In this document: positions 28,621 through 38,454 of the stretch, one piece after another
How positions within the stretch are numbered: the first letter of the stretch is position 1
How the letters are laid out: each line of letters begins with the position of its first letter
Source of the DNA: Alistipes sp.
GTDB taxonomy: Bacteria > Bacteroidota > Bacteroidia > Bacteroidales > Rikenellaceae
Length of the DNA stretch: 64,000 bases
Direction of reading: 5' to 3'
Assembly: GCA_017474235.1 (NCBI GenBank)
Contig: JAFVIB010000002.1
Coordinates: 70,445-134,444, forward strand
Notes under the pieces: generated by a model
The model's database searches: none
What the model was told of the DNA's origin: nothing
What the model saw: only the letters and a program-made list of their open reading frames with translations
Translations under genes and position numbers: made by a program

Positions 28621-29652
28621 ATGGCAGAGTATAAATATACACCCGAGAGTTTTAAATCCGACCAGCAGGTAAAGTGGTGCGCCGGTTGTGGCGACCACGC
28701 AGTGCTGAATGCTGTGCAGCGCGCTCTGCCGGAGGTGGCAGATGCACTTGATAAGCCACACGAAAAGTTTGTCTTTGTGTCGGGTATCGGTTGCTCGTCG
28801 CGCTTTATCTACTATATGCGTACCTTCGGTTTTCACACCATCCACGGTCGTGCAGCAGCCGTTGCTACGGGTATAAAGGTTGCAAATCCGGACCTCTCCG
28901 TTTGGGTTTGTACAGGCGATGGAGATAGCCTTGCGATTGGAGGAAATCACTTTATACACGCTCTGCGTCGTAATGTCGATTTGAACATCATCCTCTTTAA
29001 TAACGAGATTTACGGTCTTACAAAGGGTCAGTACTCTCCAACCACAAAGCTCGGAACAGTGACCAAAACATCCCCTTATGGCACCGTCGAACACCCATTT
29101 AACCCTGGCGAGCTGGCTATCGGTGCAAAGGGTACATTCTTTGCCCGCACTGTCGATGCAGAGGTTATGCTCACTAAAGAGCTGCTTGTTGAGGCAGCAA
29201 AACACCGCGGAACATCAGTGGTTGAGGCACTTGTTAATTGTATGATTTTCAATAACAAAACTCACGCCTCATTTGCAGCCGATAAGGCTACTCGTGCCGA
29301 GCATACCATAACCCTCAAGCACGGCGAGAAGATGCTCTTCGGTGCAAATAAAGACAAGGGTCTTGTCCTTGAAGGTCTGAAACTTAAGGTCGTAACCGTT
29401 GGCGAAGATGGCTATACCCTCGACGATATTCTTACCCACGATGCACACTGTGAGGATACCACCCTCCACTGTATGCTCGCCGCAATGAAATACCCTGAAT
29501 ATCCCGTCGCTTTGGGTGTCATCCGCTCCGTCGATGAACCTTGCGTATATGACAACGAAGTCGCTGAACAACTCGCTGCAGTTAAGGCTGCTTCGAAGAT
29601 TCAGTGTGTGGATGACCTTCTTAACTCTGGCGAAATATTTATTTTATCGTGA
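28621..29652 (+). CDS. korB: 2-oxoacid:ferredoxin oxidoreductase beta subunit
   Basis: WCAGCGD, SGIGCSS, HTIHGR, GDGD and YGLTKGQYSPT motifs. Confidence 0.95.
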   Translation: MAEYKYTPESFKSDQQVKWCAGCGDHAVLNAVQRALPEVADALDKPHEKFVFVSGIGCSSRFIYYMRTFGFHTIHGRAAAVATGIKVANPDLSVWVCTGDGDSLAIGGNHFIHALRRNVDLNIILFNNEIYGLTKGQYSPTTKLGTVTKTSPYGTVEHPFNPGELAIGAKGTFFARTVDAEVMLTKELLVEAAKHRGTSVVEALVNCMIFNNKTHASFAADKATRAEHTITLKHGEKMLFGANKDKGLVLEGLKLKVVTVGEDGYTLDDILTHDAHCEDTTLHCMLAAMKYPEYPVALGVIRSVDEPCVYDNEVAEQLAAVKAASKIQCVDDLLNSGEIFILS

Positions 29653-29975
29653 TAATGCGGCATTTGCGCTTATAAGAGCACATCTGCTTCCGCTAACAAA
29701 AAGTACCCGCAAAGGGAAATACGCATAGTATGTCCCTTTGCGGGTATTTTTGCCGAGCGTTGCATCTGCACTCTTCTAAGCACAAATGAGTATTTTATCG
29801 TGATAGTGGCACATTTTCTGCCGCTACTCCAAAACTCGACAAAGGGCAGTACCGCAAAGTACAGCCCTTCGTCGTTTTTTGAAGCGAGCGTGGTAAATGC
29901 ACCACTCTGACGATAAAATGAGTGCAAGAAAGTATCAAAGTGCAAACTCTGACAACAAAATGGTGCGAACTATAG
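29641..29975. repeat. Tandem mosaic of two full 128-bp palindromic units (29661-29788 and 29792-29919) plus arm fragments
   Basis: Each unit is symmetric about its apical loop and carries CCGCTA...CGAGCG; the first arm fragment overlaps the korB stop codon. Confidence 0.85.
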
Positions 29976-30004
29976 TCGGAGTGAAATTCGAATTTCTGTT
30001 TTTT

Positions 30005-30125
30005 CGGATTTAGGAAAACCATCGTAGATGGTACAAGAAAAGATAGTCCTCTGAGGTCAAGCTCGCTTGAAACCGAAAGATGGACTATCTTTTCTTGTAA
30101 TAGCTGTAAGGCTATCCTAAATCCG
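30005..30125. other. Multi-branched foldback (candidate structured RNA or DNA cruciform)
   Basis: 11-bp stem at 30005-30015/30115-30125 and a perfect 18-bp stem at 30032-30049/30082-30099, with two side hairpins. Confidence 0.6.
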
Positions 30126-30214
30126 CAACGCATAGAAGAGAAACGCAGTTTCTCCGAAAGCTTTTTGCACGCCCTGCTTTTTCTCGAAAAAGCGGGCAGT
30201 ACTGCGTAGCTTGG

Positions 30215-31246
30215 TTATATCAGCTCCTCGTAGCGGGCGATAGGAGCGGCGTCGAGTGCGGAGAGTTCTCCGCGCAGGTAGCGGTAGTAGCCGGCAACGG
30301 CGATCATTGCGGCGTTATCTGTGGTAAATTTCAGTTCCGGAAGGAATGTGCGCCAATGGCGTTTTTGTCCCTCTGCCTCTATGCGGGCGCGGAGTGCCGA
30401 GTTGGCAGAAACTCCTCCGCCGAGGGCTATATCTTTTATACCGAACTCTTTGGATGCCTTGATAAGTTTATCCACTAAAATATCCACGACGGTATGGAGC
30501 AATGATGCGCATAGGTCTGCCTTATTCTGCTCTATAAAGTCCGGATTTTCAGCCACTTGGTCACGCAGCGTATAGAGGAAAGAGGTCTTAAGACCTGAGA
30601 AGGAGTAGTTAAGACCCTCTACGCGAGGTTTTGCAAACTTAAAGGCACTCTTATCGCCCTCTTTTGCGAGTCTGTCGATAACAGGTCCGCCTGGGTATGG
30701 CAGTCCCATAACCTTGGCGCACTTATCGAGAGCCTCGCCGGCTGCATCGTCTATTGTTGTGCCGACAATCTCCATCTTCTCGGGGGCATCGACCTTGACA
30801 ATCTGTGTATGACCTCCGCTGACAAGCAGGCAGAGGAACGGATAGTCGGGATGAGGTAGCTCTCTGTCCGGCAGATCGACAAAGTGTGAGAGAATATGTC
30901 CGTGGAGGTGGTTTACCTCGACCATCGGGATATTGCCCGCGATAGAGAGACCTTTGGCAAACGAAGTGCCGACCATAAGAGAGCCGAGCAGACCCGGACC
31001 GCGGGTAAAGGCTATGGCATCGATCTTATCGATAGTCACACCAGCCTCTTTGAGGGCTGTATCGACTACGGGAACGATATTCTGCTGGTGTGCGCGAGAG
31101 GCGAGCTCGGGGATTACTCCGCCGTACTTTTCGTGTACAGCCTGTGAGGCGATAACGCTGGATAACAGCGTGGTATCTCGCAGAACGGCAGCTGAGGTGT
31201 CGTCGCACGAAGATTCGATGCCGAGAATGATGATATTATTGTCCAT
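30215..31246 (-). CDS. tsaD: tRNA N6-adenosine threonylcarbamoyltransferase
   Basis: LGIESSCDDT, YGGVIPELASRAH, HLHGH, LVSGGHT and DNAAMIA motifs. Confidence 0.98.
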   Translation of the reverse strand: MDNNIIILGIESSCDDTSAAVLRDTTLLSSVIASQAVHEKYGGVIPELASRAHQQNIVPVVDTALKEAGVTIDKIDAIAFTRGPGLLGSLMVGTSFAKGLSIAGNIPMVEVNHLHGHILSHFVDLPDRELPHPDYPFLCLLVSGGHTQIVKVDAPEKMEIVGTTIDDAAGEALDKCAKVMGLPYPGGPVIDRLAKEGDKSAFKFAKPRVEGLNYSFSGLKTSFLYTLRDQVAENPDFIEQNKADLCASLLHTVVDILVDKLIKASKEFGIKDIALGGGVSANSALRARIEAEGQKRHWRTFLPELKFTTDNAAMIAVAGYYRYLRGELSALDAAPIARYEELI

Positions 31247-31313
31247 AAAAATTCGTAAAATCGAAAAAATAGTACTATCTTTGTAAGTTATATTTTATAA
31301 CTTAAAGATATCC

Positions 31314-34300
31314 GTGGGCAAAGTTACAAAAATATTTGGAAAGATAGTATCGTCAATAATCTTATTGTTGATACTCATCCCTGTTTTTGCAACTTTGGTA
31401 CTCTCTATTCCGAGTGTTCAGAATCGTGTTGTGGCTATTGCTACCGACTTTGCATCAGAGAAGTTGGGTACAGTGGTAAAGATTGACCATATCACAGTCG
31501 GTATGTTAAACCGTGTTAAGGTGCGCGGCTTTTATGTCGAGGATTTTGACAGAGATACGCTGCTCTATGCCGAAACGGTCACTGCTCAGATAGGTCCTTT
31601 AGCGGGTATGAGGGAGCAGTTTACTATCACTGCGGGTGCGGTTGAGAATGGAGTGCTCTACTTGCGAGATACCGAGCGTGGAGAGATAAATATCAAAGAG
31701 ATTACAACGCTGCTGATAAAGCCTGACCATAAGAGTACCTTCCGCCTTAAGATTTCATCGCTCGATGCTATCAATATAGATTTCCGACTTCAGCGTAATG
31801 ATGAGCGACGCTATGATACGGGTGTGAACTATGCGGATATGTATATGAGGGGCATAAATGGTCACATTGATAACTTCTATGTCGATAGGGGTGCTGTGGG
31901 TGGCGATATAACCTATCTGAACTTCGAGGAGCAGAGTGGCTTTGTGCTTGATGACCTTTCGGGTTACTTCTCGGTAAATAAGGGTCTGATTACCGTTTCG
32001 GGCGCAACAATCGAGGCAGATGAGAGTGTGATAAACCTCTCCTCACTGCTCCTGTCGGGTGATGATTGGGAGAGTTATCACGACTTTATCAACAATGTAA
32101 GGCTCGATATAGATATTGAGCAGTCGAAGGTATCGAGCAAGATGGCTGGCTACTTTGCGCCGCCGTTGTGGGAGTGGGATACCGAGCTGAGAGATGTTAC
32201 GGCATCTATGCACGGAACGGTTGCATCTTTCCGCGGAAGAATCGATAATATGCGCCTTGAGGATGGCGGACAACTGCGTGCCAATGCTACGGTAAATGGT
32301 CTAGCGGATGTATATCGTACCCGATTTAATGTGAATGTGACGAGGGTAGATGTGACAACCAAGGAGTTTACACGCCTGCTGAAAAATATCGCCCATCTGA
32401 ATATTCCGGAGAGGGTAAAACCTTATATCGAGCGCACAAACCGCCTCAAGATTAAGGGTAACTTCAAGGGTTACATAACATCATTTGATGCCACTGCAAA
32501 TATCGATGTGGGCAGTGGTGGCGGGCTGTATGCAACCTGTGGCATACATCCTCAGGATGGCGATAGGGTGGTCAAGGCGACGCTTACGGCAGATTCGCTT
32601 AATATTAATAAACTGCTTGCCAAACCAAAGGCTATATCTACCGACTTCGATATTAAGGCAACCGCCCGCTTTAGTGATACAGATGGCGTTGAGGCGGAGG
32701 CGAGTGGAGATATATCCCGACTGCTCTTTAATGGCTATCACTACACAGATTTGGCATTTGACGGAGCATACTCGCCAACGGTAAGCCATATCAACTTTGG
32801 CAGTGGCGATGCAAATCTCAAGGCTCAGATTAAGGCGGCAATGGATAGAAGTTCGAGCAGCAAGCCTGTATATAGCGCAGTGGCGCAGATAGACCATGCC
32901 GATCTGCACGCGCTCAATATCAATCGCCGAGATAGTGTATCGACCGTAAGTGCATCGTTGTGGCTCGATGCTACGGGTAATACGCTTGATGATATGGATG
33001 GCAGACTTGGTATTGGCGATGCCGTATATAAGTACAACGCTGCACAGATAGATTCCGACCTTATAGAGCTTACGGTGGATAGTAATGAGGATACCCGCCG
33101 CGTGGAGCTTTCGTCGGAGTTTGTAGATGCGCGATTTGAGAGCCGATGTCCTTATAAAGATGTGGTATATTATGTCTCTACGCTCTTGTCGCGCTACCTG
33201 CCACAGCTCTACGATAGCGCAACTCTTGAGACTATTGAGAGTAAGAAGCAGGTGCTTAAGAATAAGGTTGCGCTGCTATCAGTAACGGCAAAAGATATAT
33301 CTCCACTGCTTGACTGCTTTGCGCAGGGTGTTGAAGTGGCACCTCAATCTACGCTCAATGTCTATATGGCTCCGGGTGTAAATCGATTTATTGTTCGAGG
33401 CTCTTCGGAGTGTATCGAGAGATATCCATATTTGGCGTCGGGTGTAACTATCGCTGCCAATAACAGAGATGACTCTTTGGTAATGGATATCGGCTCTTCA
33501 GAGCTGTGGGCTGGCTCTATGCGCCTCTCAGACTTCAGTCTGCACGGCGGAGCAAAGCGTAATACACTCAACCTCTATGGAGAGTTTGCCGATACGGTGC
33601 GAGATGTTCGTGGTCAGCTCTCGGCGCAGGCTCTGCTGTCGCGCCGAAATGGTATGCGCCATATATCTGTCGATATTCTGCCGTCACATATCGGTAAGGA
33701 TGATAATGTGTGGGCGATAACCTCTGACGGCATAGAGATAGACTCTTCGCGTATAGATGTCCATAAGTTCAGGGTCTATAATGCTGTGGAGGGTCAGGAT
33801 TTGACTGTTGATGGTGTTGCTTCGCGTCAGAAGAGTGACTCGTTACAGCTGCGCCTGAAAAACTTTGAGCTTACGCCATTTGCGCAGTTTGCCACAAAGA
33901 TTGGCTACAATATAGAGGGTCGTACAAGCGGATATGTAACGGTGCAGTCGGCACTCAAAGACCCAAGCCTTGATGCAGCTGTGGATTTGGACTCAATCTA
34001 TATCAACACACTGCCTATGGCAGATTTGAAACTTACCTCTCGCTGGGATTTTGGTCGTTCAAGGGCTAAACTGTCGGTAACTACGGCAAAGAGCGGTAAG
34101 GAGATAGCCAGCGGCTTCCTCTTCCCGTCGCAGTCGCGTTACTTTGCCCGCATAATGCTCGATAAGCTCGATGTGGCTCTGCTTGACCCACTGCTCTCGG
34201 GTGTTATTACCAATACGAGCGGTAATGCGAAGGTCGATTTGATGCTTACCGGTCAGAAGCGCGATGTGAGCCTTAATGGCGATATTCTTGTGACCGATAT

Positions 34301-35900
34301 GAGTACTACACTCGACTATACAAAGTGTACATACACAGCTCCTCGTGCAGTGATTAAGGTGCAGAATAATAAGTTCTACCTTAAGGATGCTCCGATATAC
34401 GATGCAAATCGTAATCGCGGTTTGCTGAGTATGGATTTGAACCTCAGCCACCTCTCAAATATCGAGTATGCACTCAATGCCCGCATTGATAATATGCAGG
34501 TTATGAATACCACAAAGCGCGATAACGATATGTTCTATGGAACTATGTTCGCATCGGGCGAGGTTGCTGTAAGTGGTGACAAGGCGGGTGTTAAGATGGA
34601 TATCAATGCCGTTTCGGGCGATAACTCAAAGTTCTATATGCCGCTCTCGGATAAGAGTAATATCTCGTCAGCAGACTTTGTGACCTTCGCAAAACCTATG
34701 GCTGTAGATACTACAAACTACCTTGTTCGCAAGAAGTTGATGTTTGAACGCCGACAGCGACAGCGTACAGGCTCTGATGGCGGTATGGATATCAACTTGG
34801 CTCTTGATGTGAGGGAGAATGCGGAGGTGCAACTTGTTATCGACCCGACGGTGGGCGATATTATCAAGGGTACGGGTAACGGATTGCTCAATTTGAGGAT
34901 AAATCCTGATGCCGATATATTCGAGATGTATGGCATATACACTATCAGCGAGGGTAGTTATCTGTTTACGCTGCAAAATATTATCAATAAAAAGTTCGTT
35001 ATTGATAGGGGTTCGACAATACAGTGGACAGGTGAACCACTTGATGCGCTGCTCGATATTGATGCCGTGTATAAGGTTAAGGCGTCACTGCAACCACTGC
35101 TGGAGGGCTATGTAGATACATCTATTCCGAGCCGTGCAGTGCCGGTAAACTGTATTATCAAACTCTCTGACCGACTTACAAAGCCGGCAGTGGATTTCGA
35201 TGTACAAGTACCGAGTGCCGATGCCAGCATACAGACAGTTATTGCAAATGTACTCAGTACACCGGAGCGTCGTTCACAGCAGTTCCTCTATCTGCTGCTC
35301 GCAAACTCATTCCTCTCGGATACCTCTACCGAGGCATCATCCTTCGGAGTCTCGTCAGCGGCAGTTACGGGCTTTGAGTTGCTTTCAAACCAGCTGAGCA
35401 ATTGGCTCTCGTCAGAGAGTTCGAATATCGTTCTGCGTTACCGACCAAAGACCGAGCAGATGATGAGTGACGAGGTGGATTTCGGCTTCTCGCAGGGTCT
35501 GCTTAATAACCGCCTGCTGATAGAGGTAGAGGGTAACTATTTGGTCGATAAGTCGCAGGTTGTCAATGCTACATCGTCATTTACGGGCGAGGCGTATGTC
35601 ACTTGGCTTATAGATCAGGCGGGAACTTTGAGATTGAAGGGATTTACACATACTATCGACCGCTTTGATGAGAATCAGGGTCTGCAAGAGACGGGTTTGG
35701 GTATCTATTTCAAGGAGGACTTTGATAATGCCAAAAACCTGCGAGAGCGTCTGCGTAACCGCTTCTCTTCTCGCCGCCGTCGTGCTGCAAGAGAGCAGGC
35801 TGCCGCGGCGTTGGACCTAAATGAAGAGAGCGAGGCTATGGAGTCGATGACCGATGGCTTTGATGCTCCGCCACAAGAGCCGACAGATACTTTTGACTAA
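31314..35900 (+). CDS. tamB: Translocation and assembly module TamB (DUF490)
   Basis: 1528 aa with N-terminal TM anchor, beta-taco repeats and C-terminal 'GSTIQWTGEPLDALLDIDAVY...QETGLGIYFKEDF'; GTG start. Confidence 0.85.
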   Translation: MGKVTKIFGKIVSSIILLLILIPVFATLVLSIPSVQNRVVAIATDFASEKLGTVVKIDHITVGMLNRVKVRGFYVEDFDRDTLLYAETVTAQIGPLAGMREQFTITAGAVENGVLYLRDTERGEINIKEITTLLIKPDHKSTFRLKISSLDAINIDFRLQRNDERRYDTGVNYADMYMRGINGHIDNFYVDRGAVGGDITYLNFEEQSGFVLDDLSGYFSVNKGLITVSGATIEADESVINLSSLLLSGDDWESYHDFINNVRLDIDIEQSKVSSKMAGYFAPPLWEWDTELRDVTASMHGTVASFRGRIDNMRLEDGGQLRANATVNGLADVYRTRFNVNVTRVDVTTKEFTRLLKNIAHLNIPERVKPYIERTNRLKIKGNFKGYITSFDATANIDVGSGGGLYATCGIHPQDGDRVVKATLTADSLNINKLLAKPKAISTDFDIKATARFSDTDGVEAEASGDISRLLFNGYHYTDLAFDGAYSPTVSHINFGSGDANLKAQIKAAMDRSSSSKPVYSAVAQIDHADLHALNINRRDSVSTVSASLWLDATGNTLDDMDGRLGIGDAVYKYNAAQIDSDLIELTVDSNEDTRRVELSSEFVDARFESRCPYKDVVYYVSTLLSRYLPQLYDSATLETIESKKQVLKNKVALLSVTAKDISPLLDCFAQGVEVAPQSTLNVYMAPGVNRFIVRGSSECIERYPYLASGVTIAANNRDDSLVMDIGSSELWAGSMRLSDFSLHGGAKRNTLNLYGEFADTVRDVRGQLSAQALLSRRNGMRHISVDILPSHIGKDDNVWAITSDGIEIDSSRIDVHKFRVYNAVEGQDLTVDGVASRQKSDSLQLRLKNFELTPFAQFATKIGYNIEGRTSGYVTVQSALKDPSLDAAVDLDSIYINTLPMADLKLTSRWDFGRSRAKLSVTTAKSGKEIASGFLFPSQSRYFARIMLDKLDVALLDPLLSGVITNTSGNAKVDLMLTGQKRDVSLNGDILVTDMSTTLDYTKCTYTAPRAVIKVQNNKFYLKDAPIYDANRNRGLLSMDLNLSHLSNIEYALNARIDNMQVMNTTKRDNDMFYGTMFASGEVAVSGDKAGVKMDINAVSGDNSKFYMPLSDKSNISSADFVTFAKPMAVDTTNYLVRKKLMFERRQRQRTGSDGGMDINLALDVRENAEVQLVIDPTVGDIIKGTGNGLLNLRINPDADIFEMYGIYTISEGSYLFTLQNIINKKFVIDRGSTIQWTGEPLDALLDIDAVYKVKASLQPLLEGYVDTSIPSRAVPVNCIIKLSDRLTKPAVDFDVQVPSADASIQTVIANVLSTPERRSQQFLYLLLANSFLSDTSTEASSFGVSSAAVTGFELLSNQLSNWLSSESSNIVLRYRPKTEQMMSDEVDFGFSQGLLNNRLLIEVEGNYLVDKSQVVNATSSFTGEAYVTWLIDQAGTLRLKGFTHTIDRFDENQGLQETGLGIYFKEDFDNAKNLRERLRNRFSSRRRRAAREQAAAALDLNEESEAMESMTDGFDAPPQEPTDTFD

Positions 35901-35933
35901 ACAAATTAATAAAACTTAAATAAAAACAGAACT

Positions 35934-36620
35934 ATGAAATTATTACTTTTACAGCAGGTAGCCGAGGAGGCTATGCAGACTACAGAGGCGGGTCAGATGA
36001 GCCTTTGGCAGCTCTTTAACAGTGGAGGTTGGCTTATGTGGGTGCTTTTGGCACTCGGTGGTGTAACCGTATTTATCTTTGTGGAGCGTTTTCTTGCAAT
36101 CCGCAAGGCATCAAAGGGTATGAATATGGGCTTTATGAACCGTATTCGTGATGCTATCTCTGACGGTAATATCCGCGCAGCAATAGATATGTGCCGCCGT
36201 TCAGATACCCCTATTGCCCGTATGGTTGAGAAGGGTATTGAGCGTCTTGGTCGCCCGATGGCGGATGTTCAGAGTGCTATCGAGAATGTTGCAAACCTTG
36301 AGGTTTCTCGACTTGAGACCGGTCTGCCATTCCTCGCAACTATCGCCGGTGGTGCGCCAATGATCGGTTTCCTCGGTACAGTACTCGGTATGGTGCAGAC
36401 CTTTATGGATATGTCGGCAGCAGGTGGTACTGTAGATATGGCACTGCTCTCTGGTGGTATGTATGTGGCTATGATTACAACCGTCGGCGGTCTTATTGTC
36501 GGTATTCCGGCTTACTTCGGCTATAACTACCTTGTAGCAGAGATTGAGAAGCTCGTGTTCCGTATGGAGGCAAACTCTATCGCCTTTATGGATATTCTTA
36601 ACCAACCTGCACAAAAATAA
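35934..36620 (+). CDS. exbB: MotA/TolQ/ExbB proton channel
   Basis: APMIGFLGTVLGM and AMITTVGGLIVGIPA motifs. Confidence 0.92.
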   Translation: MKLLLLQQVAEEAMQTTEAGQMSLWQLFNSGGWLMWVLLALGGVTVFIFVERFLAIRKASKGMNMGFMNRIRDAISDGNIRAAIDMCRRSDTPIARMVEKGIERLGRPMADVQSAIENVANLEVSRLETGLPFLATIAGGAPMIGFLGTVLGMVQTFMDMSAAGGTVDMALLSGGMYVAMITTVGGLIVGIPAYFGYNYLVAEIEKLVFRMEANSIAFMDILNQPAQK

Positions 36621-36632
36621 AAACTACTCACT

Positions 36633-37034
36633 ATGGCAATTAAACGAGGTTCAAAAGTAGATAAATCCTTCTCCTCCTCGGCTATGACAGACTTGATGTT
36701 CTTGTTGCTTATCTTTATGATTATCGCAACAACGCTCATCAATCCTAATGCCCTGAAGTTGATGCTGCCAAAGAGTAGTAATCAGTTGAAGGATAAGGCA
36801 ATTACAACCGTCTCAATCGAAAAGACGGCTACCGGCTATAACTACTATGTAGAGCTCGACCGTGTTCCGGGTATCGGAGGCGTTGAGGCAGCTCTGCGCA
36901 CCCGCCTTGAGGGTCAGCAAGAGCCAACCATCTCTCTACATTGCGATAAAACCGTCGCAGTTGATGAGGTTGTCAAGGTGATGAATATCGCTAAGGATAA
37001 CGATTATCGTTTGATACTTGCAACCCAACCATAA
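36633..37034 (+). CDS. exbD: ExbD/TolR
   Basis: AMTDLMFLLLIFMII TM segment containing the catalytic Asp. Confidence 0.92.
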   Translation: MAIKRGSKVDKSFSSSAMTDLMFLLLIFMIIATTLINPNALKLMLPKSSNQLKDKAITTVSIEKTATGYNYYVELDRVPGIGGVEAALRTRLEGQQEPTISLHCDKTVAVDEVVKVMNIAKDNDYRLILATQP

Positions 37035-37153
37035 AATTGTTTTAAGGGGTGTTTACTGCCGCTAATCTTTTTCGCCTCAATGGGCAGTACATTCAGTACA
37101 GCCCATCGATGCGAAAAACACCGAGCGTTGTAAACCCCGCCTTAAAAGCAATT
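37035..37153. repeat. 119-bp palindromic element unit between exbD and tonB
   Basis: TGCCGCTA...GGGCAGTAC-ATTCA-GTACAGCCC...CCGAGCG, with distinct outer arms AATTGTTTTAAGGGGTGTTTAC / GTAAACCCCGCCTTAAAAGCAATT. Confidence 0.8.
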
Positions 37154-37199
37154 TTTGAGGCTAATCGGCTCATTAAGAAGAGCCAAAAGCAGAAAAACT

Positions 37200-37889
37200 A
37201 TGAACTCAAAACATTGGGCAATATTAGCAACAGTACTATATTGTGTTGCCGTGGCTCTATCTATGCTCTATGTAGCTGTAGATATAGAGTTTCCGAAGCG
37301 CAAGGAGGCGGAGTTGCTTATAGACCTTACCGAGCCTGAGCCTGTTGTAGAGCCTCCGGTGGCGGAGTCAAAGCCGTCGCCTGAGCCTGTCGTTGCTCCT
37401 CATCACGAACAGGAGGCAGAGGTAGATCGCTCGGAGCAGGTTGCCGGAGAGGCTCCAAAGACCCAGACGGTCAATCAGCGCGCACTCTTCAAGATGAACA
37501 ACGGCGAGACCGAGACTTCAGAGCAGAATAGCAATCCGCAGGCGGAGAAGTCTGATAAGGATCAGACTCAAGGCACTTCGCGTGGTCTTAATCCGGTGGG
37601 TACAGATGCTTTGGATGAGGGTCTGAAGGGTCGTGGTCTTGCGGGAGAGTTGCCTATGCCTTACTATCCGACCGGAAATAAGGGTGGAAAGGTCGTAATT
37701 CGTGTAGCGGTAGATAGAGAGGGTAAGGTTACTTCGGCTACATACGAGCCAAAGGGCTCTACAACATCCGACTCGGCACTTGTAGAGGCTGCAATTGCGG
37801 CGGCAAAGCGCGCACGATTTACCGAGAGCGCAGCCTTTGTGCAGGGTGGTACGATTACCTACATTTTTAAACTTAAAGCGGAGAAATAG
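37200..37889 (+). CDS. tonB: TonB family protein
   Basis: N-terminal TM with conserved His, Pro/Glu-rich linker and TonB C-terminal domain; follows exbBD. Confidence 0.8.
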   Translation: MNSKHWAILATVLYCVAVALSMLYVAVDIEFPKRKEAELLIDLTEPEPVVEPPVAESKPSPEPVVAPHHEQEAEVDRSEQVAGEAPKTQTVNQRALFKMNNGETETSEQNSNPQAEKSDKDQTQGTSRGLNPVGTDALDEGLKGRGLAGELPMPYYPTGNKGGKVVIRVAVDREGKVTSATYEPKGSTTSDSALVEAAIAAAKRARFTESAAFVQGGTITYIFKLKAEK

Positions 37890-37896
37890 TACAACT

Positions 37897-38277
37897 ATGA
37901 GAAGATTGCTGACTATACTTGCACTGCTGTTGTTTAGCTTTACAGCTGTGGCAGAGCAGAAGAGTGAAGGGGTGGTTTTTGATAAGCAGATGTTCGACTT
38001 TGGCAATGTGATGCGTGAGAATAAGAACTACACCTGCGCCTTTGTGGTTGAGAATAAGAGCGATAAGCCGTTGGTGTTGCTTAGTGTCAAGACCTCTTGC
38101 TCTTGCTTGAAGGCAAAGTACTCTCGTCGCCCACTAAAGATTGGCGAGAAGAGCACTATCGTAATGACTCTTGAGGCTGGCAAGATGGAGCCCGGCATTT
38201 TTCATCGCGTAGTGGAGGTGGAGACAAATGCGGGAGTTTATAGAATAGTAGTGCGGGGGAATTCTGTTGAAAAATAA
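37897..38277 (+). CDS. DUF1573 Ig-like domain protein
   Basis: Signal peptide; FDFGNV, KTSCSC and PLKIGEK motifs. Confidence 0.85.
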   Translation: MRRLLTILALLLFSFTAVAEQKSEGVVFDKQMFDFGNVMRENKNYTCAFVVENKSDKPLVLLSVKTSCSCLKAKYSRRPLKIGEKSTIVMTLEAGKMEPGIFHRVVEVETNAGVYRIVVRGNSVEK

Positions 38278-38283
38278 AAAGAA

Positions 38284-38398
38284 GTTGTCTAACAAGGTGA
38301 TTTCCGCGTTATACTCGCCCTCAAAATGCTCATTTACGCTTAAGTAAACTACGCTTTTTCGGGCTTCGCAAGCCTTGAAATCTCACTTGTTATACAAC
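38284..38398. repeat. 115-bp imperfect palindrome of a second type
   Basis: GTTGTCTAACAAGGTGATTTC / GAAATCTCACTTGTTATACAAC outer arms; apical TTTAC-GCTTAA-GTAAA. Confidence 0.65.
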
Positions 38399-38404
38399 AT
38401 CTAA

Positions 38405-38447
38405 AAGAGGAGGCTGTCGCAACAAAGTTGTTGGACAGCCCCTTCTT
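38405..38447. terminator. Hairpin between the convergent DUF1573 and hemolysin-III genes
   Basis: AAGAGGAGGCTGTC...GACAGCCCCTTCTT. Confidence 0.55.
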
Positions 38448-38454
38448 ATTTAAT

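Noticed and set aside
29641-29975. Possible CRISPR array
   Set aside because: The units are long, heterogeneous palindromes rather than identical 23-50 bp repeats with unique spacers, and there are no cas genes.
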